DNA of 62,526 nt, the filler included. It is 22 parts of 22 records of this genome, joined end to end, with 100 filler letters (N's around TTAATTAATTAA, not from the genome) between each part and the next. Parts side by side here need not be neighbours in the genome. Positions count along the whole stretch, not along the records: positions 10,928 to 12,966 come from SRR16133337_13874; positions 13,067 to 17,157 come from SRR16133337_14021; positions 17,258 to 19,395 come from SRR16133337_14025; positions 19,496 to 21,795 come from SRR16133337_14237; 18 more parts are not named here. One strand, written 5' to 3'. This document shows, one piece after another, positions 11,387 to 21,895 of this stretch (position 1 is the stretch's first letter; every line of letters starts with the position of its first letter). Position numbers and translations under genes: made by a program. The notes under the pieces are model-generated. The model had not been told where the DNA came from. It saw nothing but the letters and a program-made list of their open reading frames with translations, and made no database searches.

Positions 11387-12703
11387 TACAGGTATATTAC
11401 GAAAGAATCTAAAAGAACAAGTATTGTAATCAACGCATTTGGTAACACTAACGTGCCCCTAAAAAGTAATGTAGAGTACGATTTTTGCGCCTTTACGACG
11501 AATTGAAGCAACCTTCGCCAAAACGTGTTTCTTTGTATTCTCAGACAAACACAAACTTTTCCGAAAACCCCTCTAACCTAGTGTGACACACCCCTTTTTC
11601 TTTTGTAATAAATTTTTGCGCCCCTCTTCTCAAAGTAAGGTGAGGTTGGCAAGTTTTTGTGACTAAATATGCTTTCTTTGTTGAAAAGGATTTTCAAAAA
11701 TAGCACGAGTGAACTCAAGACAACAGATACTTTGCGAAATTGCATTTAATCGAATTTTGACATCACAAAATCTTCACCACAAGAGATTTACGTCGGTATG
11801 GCCATTTACTGCAACATGTTGCGCACCACAATTTGTTTTCGCAAAAGTTAGTTTCAAAATCAATTGAGCCAGCTCAAAGCATATCAATTAAATCGTCTCA
11901 CAAAACAGACAACTTCAATTAGCTTTAGTCATTTTGAAAAGAATTCAGATATCCAAAAATGCTACACGTTTCTCTCCACGTACATTGGGTTTGTTGGCAG
12001 GGTGGGTGGTGAAAGGGTCGAAGACCTGCGGCAAAAACACACGAAAATCAACCAACTTTTTATCCATTGCCATGTGAATTCTTACTGCAAAGCCAGTTGA
12101 AAAAAATGCCATTGGTATCTAAGAATGACAAGTGAAAATTCTGAAAGCTTCACTATCCAAAACGGCAGCTTTTGTGCATCACTGCTGCAAACGAAATTCG
12201 TAGAGCACCTTATTTTTCTACATTCCTTGTGCTTCTTTATCAATGGCAAAACACATCCACCCACAAAACAAGAATGGTGAGTTTTGTGAGTTTTTCACCA
12301 AAACGAAATTTCGAAAGTCAAGCCACAAAATTCTGGTGGGGCTCAACACGGCTTATTGGCAAAGACAAAATCATTGAACAAGTGAAATTTCATCACCCCA
12401 CTCACCCCTCACACACAACGCTGATAGTTTCAATGAGCAAAGTGGAGCCGTCCTCGCTCTGATGTTTATCTTGCTGCACCACAACTGCACAACTATTCAC
12501 ATTTCCCTACGAAATTTTTCATAACAGGTTGGTAACACTTACGGAAGAATTGCGACGGTCCCTTGACAAATAGAAGCGCACAAAGAATATTTTCACAACC
12601 TTGGTGGGGCTCACTGGCGGAACTAAACTTTTAATTTCGTGGGGAATCGAATGTTTGTTCTAATATAAAAACAAATAACCTTACCTCTAAATTTTGGATT
12701 CCA

Positions 12704-12959
12704 ATGTCCGTTGAATTGGAAGCGAAAAGAAAAGATTCCGAGCATGAAGAGGATGTGACAGATGAATCAGCATCACTTTTGGGCGGACATAATGCCGAGC
12801 CGCAGCAGGTGGAACGGGATGGTGCACACTCTCCATTGGTTCTATTCGGAGAGCGAGCAAAGGACAAGGCGCCTTCAAGGTCGTACAATCGAGTTGTGAT
12901 GTACACACTTGGCGCTTTGGCATTTGTTATTTTTCTCAATCTGGTGACAACACCAAGTG
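12704..12959 (+). CDS. First exon of a probable type II membrane protein (eukaryotic)
   Basis: Acidic N-terminal tail with a dileucine-like ESASLL, one hydrophobic segment (VVMYTLGALAFVIFLNLV), and a GTAAAG donor just before the contig end. Divergent from the 11386 gene. Confidence 0.45.
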
Positions 12960-13066
12960 GTAAAGANNNNNNNNNNNNNNNNNNNNNNNNNNNNNNNNNN
13001 NNNNNNNNNNTTAATTAATTAANNNNNNNNNNNNNNNNNNNNNNNNNNNNNNNNNNNNNNNNNNNN

Positions 13067-13141
13067 TGTCGTAGTTTCTCCACAAGAAAAAAAAGACAGA
13101 ATCACTATTATTAAAATGGAGCTATATTGTATAAATTTCAT
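13067..13141 (-). CDS. 5' fragment of a lipoprotein, probably SCO1/SenC family (truncated by contig end)
   Basis: ATG 1 nt after the FGE stop; MKFIQYSSILIIVILSFFSCGETTT with lipobox FSC. The SCO call rests only on the usual flavobacterial nirK-FGE-SCO order. Confidence 0.45.
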
Positions 13142-13142
13142 T

Positions 13143-13907
13143 TTATTTATCTTTTACACACCTAAAACCTAAGTTTTTCAGGGTGTATTTTGCTTTTAAA
13201 CTACCCCGAATGGCATATCTCATAAACGCTGCATAATTCATTAAATCTGTAGCTCCAATTGCGGCACTACCACAAAATAGGTTCCTATCATTATCTACAT
13301 CTTTTCTAGACTCTCCAGAAACTAATACCGAATTAAAATCTAAAGTCCATTCCCAAACTAAGCCATGTAAATCATATACTCCCCAATAGTTTTTAAATGT
13401 AGTGCCTATTTTATTTTTAAAGGTTTTAGGTTTTTCGTACCAGCTTAAAATAAATTGGTTATATGTTTTTAATTTTCTAGCATCCTGCATTTTCTCATCT
13501 GCCATCGCAGCATATTCCCATTCATCAACCGTTGGTAACCGTTTTCCTAATTGCTTGCAATAATCTTTTGCGGCAAACCAAGATATATTTGTAATTGGAG
13601 ATTCTAAAGCTTGATTCCCATTTAAAACAGTATCTGATTTCCATTTTATAAGGTAGCTTTCATCCGCAAACAGTTTTATTACTTTAGATTTCCTCCATTT
13701 CGGATGCTTTTTTACAAATTCTAAATATTGTTGGTTTGTAACGGGGTACACGTCCATAAAAAAAGGATCAATAGTCACTTGCATAGAATCTTTTCCGTAC
13801 AAGGGGGTATAGGTTCCCCCCTCTATAGAAACCATTTTAGACTGGCAACTTGCATGGGGTATCCAAAAGAGTACCATGAAAATTATCAATCTTACAATAG
13901 TTTTCAT
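13143..13907 (-). CDS. FGE-sulfatase (SUMF1/NirV-like) domain protein
   Basis: Motifs FFMDVYPVTNQQY, PITNISWFAAKDYC, KRLPTVDEWEYAA, NYWGVYDLHGLVWEW and NLGFRCV. Signal peptide from MKTIV (alternative start 13928). Directly downstream of nirK. Confidence 0.9.
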   Translation of the reverse strand: MKTIVRLIIFMVLFWIPHASCQSKMVSIEGGTYTPLYGKDSMQVTIDPFFMDVYPVTNQQYLEFVKKHPKWRKSKVIKLFADESYLIKWKSDTVLNGNQALESPITNISWFAAKDYCKQLGKRLPTVDEWEYAAMADEKMQDARKLKTYNQFILSWYEKPKTFKNKIGTTFKNYWGVYDLHGLVWEWTLDFNSVLVSGESRKDVDNDRNLFCGSAAIGATDLMNYAAFMRYAIRGSLKAKYTLKNLGFRCVKDK

Positions 13908-14101
13908 ATAATAAAATGTATACTTCATCCAACCCTTTTCTATTTTAAATTTAATCCTTATTCTAAAAACTAAATCTAAAGGAGCCTTTCAATGAACTCA
14001 AGACAGGCTCAAGACAAGTTTTGTTAAAAGGCTTAGGGCAAGCAAACCCACATTTTTCACTTTTTGAAGTTTCTTCTAAAAATGGAATTAGATGAAGTCT
14101 A

Positions 14102-15568
14102 TTAATGCTCGTTTTTAACTTCTTTGACCTTATTTACACTAACATTTGTTTTATTGTTACCCCAAGAATTGTAGACATAGGTTAATACATCTGCAATTTC
14201 ATCTTCAGTTAACATTTGTTTAGGCATGATACTGTTGTATTTTTTTCCGTTTACCGTAATCTCACCTATTTGCCCCTTTAAAACAGTACCGATTGCTCTT
14301 TTAACATTTGCATTTAAATAATCCGATTTTGCTAAAGGAGGAAATGCGTTTGCAATACCTTCTCCATTTGCTTGGTGACACGCAAAACATGTTTTGGCAT
14401 ATATTCGTTTACCAGATGCTATTTTTTGAGTCAAGCTTTTATTCTGCTTGGTTTTTACATCTCTCTTTTTTACCTCAGGCATTTCTTGTAAAGTTCCTCC
14501 TTCTGGATTGTAAATTCCTTCTTGTTTTACTCCAGAATACAATTGTTTATTTTCTTCTCCTTTTACTTTTAACATTCCCAGAGCTCCTTTATTGAAGGCT
14601 CTAAAAATTGCATGGTCGACTAAGATGAAAGTTCCAGGGACATCAACTTTAAAATCTACAATGGCAGCACCACCGGCAGGAATTAGTGTTGTTTGGACGT
14701 TTTTATTTAAAACAGAACCTCCTTCTACATGAACATTGTCAAAAATTTCTCCAATAACATGAAAAGAAGAGGTTAAATTTGGTCCCCCATTACCAACATA
14801 TAAACGCACGGTTTCACCAACATTTGCTGTAATAGCATTATCTCCTGTTAAAGCCCCCACCTTACCGTTAAAAACTACGTAATCGGCATCTTCATCAACG
14901 GCTTTTTTCATATCAAAAGGTTGTAAACCAGGTTCGCCATTTTCTCCTTTTGTATAAAAATCACCTTGCATAATATAATATTCTTTGTCAACTTTAGGTA
15001 AACCACCTGCGGGTTCTACTAAAATTAAACCGTACATTCCGTTTGCAATATGCATTCCAACTGGAGCGGTAGCACAGTGATATACATATAACCCTGGATT
15101 TAAAGTTTTAAAAGAAAATGTTTTTTTATGACCTGGTGCTACAAATGAAGAAGTTGCCCCACCTCCAGGACCTGTTACCGCATGTAAATCTATATTATGT
15201 GGTAATTTGTTATCTGGATGGTTTAATAAAGTAAACTCTACTTCATCTCCTATTCTTGTTCTTATAAAGCTTCCCGGTACAGAACCCCCAAAAGTCCAAT
15301 ACATGTATTTTACACCATCCGTCATCGTTCCTTCTTTTTCAATAATTTCCATGTCGACTAATAGCTTTTTTGCGACTCTATCACCTACAGGAGCAGGAAC
15401 AAATGGAGGGGCTGTCAATTCTGCTCTCAAAGTTCCTTTAATCGTTATTTTCTTTGAATCCTCTATTGTTTTTTCTGAGGTTTTGTTATCTCCACAATTT
15501 GTAAACAATAGGGTAGCTACTCCGATAAGACATACGGTTTTTAAAATTTTCCTTTTTTCTAGTAACAT
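14102..15568 (-). CDS. nirK: Copper-containing nitrite reductase, lipoprotein, with fused C-terminal cytochrome c
   Basis: Cu-ligand motifs HNIDLHA, YHCATAPVGMHIANGM, SSFHVIG and LVDHAIFR; lipobox LFTNC; C-terminal CFACH haem-binding motif and Met ligand region (YNSIMPK). Confidence 0.96.
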   Translation of the reverse strand: MLLEKRKILKTVCLIGVATLLFTNCGDNKTSEKTIEDSKKITIKGTLRAELTAPPFVPAPVGDRVAKKLLVDMEIIEKEGTMTDGVKYMYWTFGGSVPGSFIRTRIGDEVEFTLLNHPDNKLPHNIDLHAVTGPGGGATSSFVAPGHKKTFSFKTLNPGLYVYHCATAPVGMHIANGMYGLILVEPAGGLPKVDKEYYIMQGDFYTKGENGEPGLQPFDMKKAVDEDADYVVFNGKVGALTGDNAITANVGETVRLYVGNGGPNLTSSFHVIGEIFDNVHVEGGSVLNKNVQTTLIPAGGAAIVDFKVDVPGTFILVDHAIFRAFNKGALGMLKVKGEENKQLYSGVKQEGIYNPEGGTLQEMPEVKKRDVKTKQNKSLTQKIASGKRIYAKTCFACHQANGEGIANAFPPLAKSDYLNANVKRAIGTVLKGQIGEITVNGKKYNSIMPKQMLTEDEIADVLTYVYNSWGNNKTNVSVNKVKEVKNEH

Positions 15569-15615
15569 ATTTATTGAGTTTAATTATTAGAAGATCTTTT
15601 GATCATTTACTAAGG

Positions 15616-15659
15616 CAAAACTATTGTAGTTAATAACCAAAAAACATGATAAATGTCAC
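15616..15659 (-). promoter_or_regulatory. nirK promoter: Bacteroidota -7 element plus Crp/Fnr-like box
   Basis: TAGTTTTG (TAnnTTTG consensus) on the minus strand at 15616-15623. Imperfect palindrome ATGAT-AAAT-GTCAC at 15646-15659, roughly where a class II Crp/Fnr site would sit. Confidence 0.5.
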
Positions 15660-15742
15660 AAAAAATAATTATTTTTTTTATTTGATGCAAACAAGATCAT
15701 CCTCATCTCCTAATAAAATAGGAATATCGAGCTTCTATAAAA

Positions 15743-16819
15743 TTAAAGAGCCTCTCCTAATCCTTTTAATTTTTCTGTATTTTCTGCTAATTTTAATTCT
15801 TCAATTATCTTATGGATATCTCCGTTAATTACCTTAGATAAATCATATAATGTCAAACCTATTCTATGTTCTGTTACACGTCCTTGAGGATAATTGTAAG
15901 TTCTAATTTTTGCAGAACGGTCACCACTAGCTACCAAAGAGTTTCTTTTTAAAGAATCTGCTGCCAATTTTTTTTCAAGTTCTTGTTCATACAAACGAGA
16001 ACGCAATACTTTCATTGCTTTCTCCTTGTTTTTATGTTGTGATTTTTGATCTTGACATTGTGCTACCAATCCTGATGGAACATGTGTTAAACGAACCGCA
16101 GAATAGGTTGTATTTACAGATTGTCCACCAGGTCCTGAAGAACAAAAATAATCGATACGGATATCACTTTGTTTCATCTCTATATCAAATTCTTCTGCTT
16201 CTGGCAAAACCATTACAGTGGCTGCTGATGTATGTACACGTCCTTGTGTTTCTGTTTGAGGAACCCGCTGTACACGATGTACACCCGATTCAAATTTCAT
16301 GTTACCATAAACATCTGATCCACGAATACTAAAAATGATTTCTTTAAAACCTCCTGAAATTCCTTCGCTAATATCATCAACTTCTGTTCTCCAACCTTTA
16401 TCTGAACAGTATTTTGTATACATCCTATACAAGTCTCCGGCAAAAATACTTGCTTCATCTCCACCAGTTCCTGCACGGATTTCAACAATTACGTTTTTAG
16501 CATCTTCAGGATCTTTTGGAATCAACATCAATTTGATCTTTTCTTCTAATTTAGGAATTTCACGATTCGCTTCATCCAACTCCATCTTAGCCATTTCTAC
16601 CATTTCAAGGTCGGAATCCTCTGCAATGATTTCTTTTGCCTCTTCAATGCTTTTTATCAAAGTAAGATATTTATTTCCTTTCTCTAGAACCTGTCCTAAA
16701 TCTTTGTATTCTTTATTTAGCTTTACATATCGCTTTTGATCCACAACGATATCAGGCTGAATGATCAAATCTGACAGCTCATCAAAGCGTTGTTTTATAA
16801 TTTTAATTTTATCTAACAT
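15743..16819 (-). CDS. prfA: Peptide chain release factor 1
   Basis: [20 protein letters not shown] (PxT RF1 motif), [10 protein letters not shown] (GGQ), [16 protein letters not shown]; Bacteroidota promoter TAAATTTG at 16843-16850. Confidence 0.98.
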   Translation of the reverse strand: MLDKIKIIKQRFDELSDLIIQPDIVVDQKRYVKLNKEYKDLGQVLEKGNKYLTLIKSIEEAKEIIAEDSDLEMVEMAKMELDEANREIPKLEEKIKLMLIPKDPEDAKNVIVEIRAGTGGDEASIFAGDLYRMYTKYCSDKGWRTEVDDISEGISGGFKEIIFSIRGSDVYGNMKFESGVHRVQRVPQTETQGRVHTSAATVMVLPEAEEFDIEMKQSDIRIDYFCSSGPGGQSVNTTYSAVRLTHVPSGLVAQCQDQKSQHKNKEKAMKVLRSRLYEQELEKKLAADSLKRNSLVASGDRSAKIRTYNYPQGRVTEHRIGLTLYDLSKVINGDIHKIIEELKLAENTEKLKGLGEAL

Positions 16820-16886
16820 TTCTTCCTTCTTTTCTTGGGCGACAAATTTACACTTTTTTCTTGTTATTTAGGCCTACTAAAAAACT

Positions 16887-16961
16887 CTTAGCCATCTCCC
16901 GAAAATCACATTGAACACTTTGTAAAGTATTGATTAATGTGTTTTTCGGGAGATGGCTAAG
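16887..16961. repeat. 75-bp palindromic element (MITE/REP-like) with perfect 19-bp arms
   Basis: CTTAGCCATCTCCCGAAAA (16887-16905) and TTTTCGGGAGATGGCTAAG (16943-16961); inner CACATT/AATGTG also pairs. Confidence 0.8.
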
Positions 16962-16962
16962 T

Positions 16963-17115
16963 GACTTGACGTATCAAGAAGATCTAGGAAAAGCAATATA
17001 TTCTTCTCCAACAATCGGAGATGATGGTGTGGTTTATTTTGGCGTGGATCAAGAGGGAGATGACCTAGATACTAATGATGTAGTAAGACCTGATACAGGA
17101 ACGGAAAAGGTCTGA
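16963..17115 (+). pseudogene. Possible remnant of a PQQ-like beta-propeller repeat protein
   Basis: IYSSPTIGDDGVVYFG resembles the PQQ-repeat blade motif SSPaIgxDGtiYvG; no proper start, and it begins right at the palindrome. Confidence 0.35.
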
Positions 17116-17603
17116 ATCAGCACATAAGTTTTAAAACTTGGAGCTTGCCATAGTGTANNNNNNNNNNNNNNNNNNNNNNNNNNNNNNNNNNNNNNNNNNN
17201 NTTAATTAATTAANNNNNNNNNNNNNNNNNNNNNNNNNNNNNNNNNNNNNNNNNNNNAAAAAAAACGAAAAAAGGAGAGTTTCAAAATCCTTAGATGGTC
17301 TTCTGCTTTTTTTATTCTACAGTGAATCAACATTGTGGCATTAAATGCACACCAACAAAATTAAACTATTTTCGATCAGAAAGTGTACCTAAAAAAAAGA
17401 AATTTCTTGGGCAGCAATTATGAATTTCACCAATCCAAAAAATATGCTGGAAGGGGCGTTGTGCATTTGCCCAAACTTAATAAACCTTGTCGCAAAAAAA
17501 GGGATTTAAAATAGACAAAGGCGAAAACATATCACTGCTTGGTGTGAGTGTGGAGTTAGAAAACAAACATAGTGAAAGTATGTTTGTTGTGTAATGTTAA
17601 TAC

Positions 17604-19298
17604 CTTGGTGGCCGGCAATACCTTGGCGGCGGAGCAGGCCGCTCGGCGGGTGGCGGCCTTTCAAGGCTCGGAATGTATCCTGGAAGCACGTGCTTAAAAT
17701 ATTCTGTAAAGTTGATTGGGTCGATATCTGGTGGATCCGGTTCTCGTAAAGGCTCAAAGTTCTCCTACAAATGAAAAAATAACGAAAATGAAAAACAAAT
17801 TAAAACATAAAAACTCCTTTCGCACACCGTACCCACAACATGTTTTTATACCTCACTGATTATTTCTTGAAACGACATGCAGATTTGCCCAGTTCTGTTT
17901 TTCTCGCCCTAAAATGTGACTATTTTGTTCTTGTCTCCTTTCAAAGACAAAAACGCATGTTTTGCACTGTGAAAACAGCAAAACCAGACTTTTCATACGT
18001 GTCTTTGGTATTAAAAACCCCACGCAACTTTTTTGGCTGAAAAAAATGAAAATGTGCATGTCGTTTAACTCTTAGGTTTGTTTTAGTGCCCCAGTGTGTG
18101 TTTTACTTACGCACAAGAATTGAACATTTTAAAACATTGTTCCTGATATTGGATAGACACACAAAACGTTTAGCACACTGCGCACACGACGTAATTAAGA
18201 CAAATGGAATCGGTGGAATATCCTTAAAAATGAAATCTGTTTCCAAGTAAACTTCTTGAAAAAACACTTCCGTAAAATCCATATGACATGGTACGTACTT
18301 TTCCCGAGTTTTAACAGTGTTTGGATCACGAGGTTTTGCAATAAGTATTCTCTTTTAAGAAATGGAGTGGCGAAATTTAACCCATGAAACGAAACTTTGA
18401 TTCATGACAAGCAATCTACGATTTTTTATATATATTTAAAAAACCAGTGTATTTGGTTACCTTTATATATTGTGGATTTGGAGCGTCGAAAGTCCCAGCA
18501 CAACCACCACATCGCGTAGTAATAGTTGGATACGATTCATAACTATAAAACAAAAACAAACGAACAAATCAATACACCAAGTAGAATTTGAAGAGTTTTC
18601 TCGGCAACAAACGCGTTTTAATTATCTTTAAACAGCACCAAAAAACAAATTTTGAACATTGACAAGTAAGACACATAAAAACTGAAAACTACTACCGTTT
18701 CCGTTATCCAACTAGAGTTTTTCATTCAAATGACAAGGCCTGCAGCTTTGTATCGCTCCCCTCATTCTGAGTGACATTTTCTCATAAAGAAAATAATTAT
18801 GTTGTCATTTGGAAATAGGCATTGTGCCTGCAAAAACTATTGTCCTCAGTTTCCCGGTTTTGCTGTTACGCTGCGCATACTACAGTTCATGGAGACGCGC
18901 TCAATATTAGAGAAAAAAATCTTTCAACATGTGATTTCATCCAAGAAAGGGAAAATCGGGGGGTTTAGTTTAAACCCCTCATTTTTTAAATACGGAAATA
19001 ACACAAGACAAAACGTAGATCTTGCTACCTCACATCCCTATATACCACACTGTGTACATATCCCAGTACTTGTTAGCTTTTAGTTGTTGTTGTTGTTTTT
19101 AAAAAAACTCATTTATATTAGAATTAACAATTTGTGAGTGCCATAACCGAATTAATAATAATATTTGAATGTTAATAATTACCTCGGTCTACTAACAACT
19201 TTATTCTTCGCTTGACAATGTACACACTCAGAAACAAAAGTTTTATCTTTCTTTACTCTTCGCGGTGGAGGACGCGCTGCAGGGGGAGGTGGAGGAAG
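17604..19298 (-). CDS. Unknown Pro-rich eukaryotic protein with CxxC pairs (partial exon model)
   Basis: Exons 19183-19298 (LPPPPPAARPPP...ECVHCQAKN) and 18461-18542 (TRCGGCAGTF) splice in phase. Candidate exons 18111-18222 (SCAQCAKR) and 17604-17764 (PPPAERPAPPPR) have unresolved phases. Confidence 0.45.
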
Positions 19299-19495
19299 CT
19301 ACACAAAACAAAGGGAAAAAACAAAACAAAATCACTGGTAAGTAACGCATTATGAACGCCCACTCCGCTTCTCCCAATGTAAAAACCTCATTCCCNNNNN
19401 NNNNNNNNNNNNNNNNNNNNNNNNNNNNNNNNNNNNNNNTTAATTAATTAANNNNNNNNNNNNNNNNNNNNNNNNNNNNNNNNNNNNNNNNNNNN

Positions 19496-19660
19496 AAAAA
19501 ACCTTTGAGGATTTTCTTCAATAAACGTGTTCATTTTTAAAGAACCTATCAAATCCGCACAAAGTGCCACGACATTTGGATTTGTTCTTCCTAATTCTGT
19601 CAATCCAGCTCCAAAACCAGAACGAGTATCTTTTTGTTCAGTAAACGTGTATTTTTTCAT
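19496..19660 (-). CDS. Transketolase C-terminal (pyrimidine-binding) subunit, 5' fragment
   Basis: MKKYTFTEQKDTRSGFGAGLTELGRTNPNVVALCADLIGSLKM is the typical Bacteroidota split-transketolase subunit start; promoter TACTTTTG at 19689-19696. Confidence 0.88.
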
Positions 19661-19784
19661 GGTAGGGTTATGTCAAATATAGTATTTGCAAAAGTAGTAA
19701 TTTAATAGATTCCATCCTATTTGATTTTTGGAAAATTTAACCCTTTTATTTTTGTAGGTAGCAAGACCATCTTAAGCCTATTGC

Positions 19785-20402
19785 TTATAGCTTAAAGCCT
19801 ATATATAACCAGAAAAAAGATTCCATTGTTTTTAAAATACCATAGAATTTATGAACAGGGAATCCCATCACATTAAAATAGTTTCCTTCAATTCTTTCAA
19901 CTCCTATAAAACCGATCCATTCTTGGATTCCATAACTTCCTGCTTTATCAAAAGGTTTAAAAGTTTCGATATAATACTGAATTTCTTTATCTGTAAGTTT
20001 GATGAAATAAACCTTTGTGGTATCACTTACGATTCTTGTAAATTTTGTGGTTTTAATACATATGGAAGTAATTACTTCATGCATATTTCCAGAAAGTGCT
20101 TTTAACATTTGAAAAGCATCTTCATCATTTTTAGGCTTTCCCATGGGTTTGCCCTGAAACCAAACAATCGTATCTGCCGTAATGACCAATTCATGGTCTT
20201 TTAAAACCGCATCAAAAGGTTTGGATTTTAAAAGCGATAAATATTCAGGAATTTCCTCTCTCTTTAAAGTAGCGTCATATATTTCTTCTACCTCAAATAA
20301 TTGGATGGTAAATGGAATATTCAACTCTTTTAAAAACTGCTGTCTTCTAGGAGATCTAGAAGCTAGAATGATAGAATACTTGTCCGTTAGTTTTTTTAGC
20401 AT
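19785..20402 (-). CDS. maf: Maf family nucleotide pyrophosphatase
   Basis: IILASRSPRRQQFL, ITADTIV, GKPKN, LSGNMHEV, DKAGSYGIQE, GNYFNVMGFP. Confidence 0.95.
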   Translation of the reverse strand: MLKKLTDKYSIILASRSPRRQQFLKELNIPFTIQLFEVEEIYDATLKREEIPEYLSLLKSKPFDAVLKDHELVITADTIVWFQGKPMGKPKNDEDAFQMLKALSGNMHEVITSICIKTTKFTRIVSDTTKVYFIKLTDKEIQYYIETFKPFDKAGSYGIQEWIGFIGVERIEGNYFNVMGFPVHKFYGILKTMESFFWLYIGFKL

Positions 20403-20403
20403 G

Positions 20404-21294
20404 TTATAAGGTAATTCCTAAAATTAAGAGCAATCCAAAGATAAGAATCCATTTTAAAAGAGAACTCATTTGATGAAATTGTTGTGAAGTTTTGCTCCTG
20501 TAAAGTTTAAAATTGAAATAGAGTAGAGGCATCAAAATAAAAAGAACAAAATAGCCTTGAATCCAAAAAGTATTTTTTAAATCATCCACTAAAAATCGAA
20601 TAAAAAAATAAAGAAGAAAGAGACTTATCAGGAAAACTATTTTTTTGGAACGATCTATACCTACTGCAATGGGTAAAGTATTCATTTTTGCAATGGAATC
20701 TCCTTTAAGATCTTCCATATCCTTTACAATTTCTCTAAGTAAATTGATGAAAAAAGAAAAAAATGAAAATTGCAATAGAAAATAAAAACTATAAGAATAT
20801 TCCGTAATATCAATTTCAAATAAAGCAAGTATTAAAGTATTTGTAGCCACCAAAAGGGAAATCAAAATATTTCCAAGAAGGATTTTCTTTTTTAAAAAAC
20901 GAGAGTATCCGTATAAAGAACATATAATTGCCATAAAGAATAACGAATATAGGGGACGGTCTATAGAAATGGAAAGATAAGTTCCTAAACCCATCCCTAG
21001 AAAGGTAAGAACTCCGTACACTTTCAGTGCTTTCTTTTTTGAAAGAGGCTTGGGGATAAAGGTTTTATTGGGTTTATTGATGGCATCACAAGTACGATCC
21101 AAAATATCATTGATGACATAACCTCCTGCCGCTAAAAACAACGTAGTGACTACAAGTATTGAAAAATGAAATACATCCAATTTAGTGGGGGTAGAAAACG
21201 AAGGAAAAACTAAAAATTTAAAGATCATTTGGGCGATGGCAAGCATCAAAAGATTTTTCCATCGAATTAATTGTAGATAAGAAATAAAAAACAT
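20404..21294 (-). CDS. UbiA prenyltransferase (geranylgeranylglycerol-phosphate geranylgeranyltransferase-like)
   Basis: LIRWKNLL, GYVINDILDRTCDAINKP (NDxxD), REIVKDMEDLKGD...TLP; multiple TM helices. Confidence 0.92.
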   Translation of the reverse strand: MFFISYLQLIRWKNLLMLAIAQMIFKFLVFPSFSTPTKLDVFHFSILVVTTLFLAAGGYVINDILDRTCDAINKPNKTFIPKPLSKKKALKVYGVLTFLGMGLGTYLSISIDRPLYSLFFMAIICSLYGYSRFLKKKILLGNILISLLVATNTLILALFEIDITEYSYSFYFLLQFSFFSFFINLLREIVKDMEDLKGDSIAKMNTLPIAVGIDRSKKIVFLISLFLLYFFIRFLVDDLKNTFWIQGYFVLFILMPLLYFNFKLYRSKTSQQFHQMSSLLKWILIFGLLLILGITL

Positions 21295-21749
21295 TAGAAA
21301 TTCTTTTTAATTCTAGCTAGCTCTTTCTGATGATCTCTCTCTTTTAAGAGCTGTCTTTTATCGTATTGCTTTTTACCTCTACACAAGGCGATATTTAATT
21401 TTGCCCAACCCTTATCTGTTAAAAATAATTTTAAAGGTATAATTGTTAAGCCAACATTTTTTACTTCTTTTTCTAATTTTTTAAGTTCCCGTTTGTTTAA
21501 GAGCAAACGTCTTTCACTTTTAGGTTTATGGTTGTAGGCATGTCCAAAAACGTATTCTTCGATAAATAGATTTACCACAAATAATTCACCTCGTTCATTA
21601 AATTCACAAAAACTTTCTGTAATACGTGCTTTACTTGCTCTAATAGATTTAATTTCGGTACCCGTTAACTGTATTCCAGCAGTATAGGTGTCTAAAATTT
21701 CATATTCAAAACGTGCTTTTTTATTTTGTATGTTGATCTTTTTTTGCAT
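21294..21749 (-). CDS. smpB: SsrA-binding protein
   Basis: NKKARFEY, AGIQLTGTEIKSIR, RLLLNKREL, GLTIIPL, GKKQYDKR; promoter TACATTTG at 21757-21764. Confidence 0.98.
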   Translation of the reverse strand: MQKKINIQNKKARFEYEILDTYTAGIQLTGTEIKSIRASKARITESFCEFNERGELFVVNLFIEEYVFGHAYNHKPKSERRLLLNKRELKKLEKEVKNVGLTIIPLKLFLTDKGWAKLNIALCRGKKQYDKRQLLKERDHQKELARIKKNF

Positions 21750-21895
21750 CGTTCTACAAATGTAATTAATATATACTCCGTCCGGTTAGAAACCCNNNNN
21801 NNNNNNNNNNNNNNNNNNNNNNNNNNNNNNNNNNNNNNNTTAATTAATTAANNNNNNNNNNNNNNNNNNNNNNNNNNNNNNNNNNNNNNNNNNNN

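Noticed and set aside
13067..17157. nirK as a eukaryotic (foraminiferal-type) denitrification gene or HGT into the protist
   Set aside because: Intronless, with a lipoprotein signal, a Bacteroidota promoter and adjacent bacterial prfA; linked to eukaryotic DNA only through artificial spacers.
21750..21795. tmRNA (ssrA) next to smpB
   Set aside because: No tRNA-like GGGG 5' end or tag reading frame before the contig ends.
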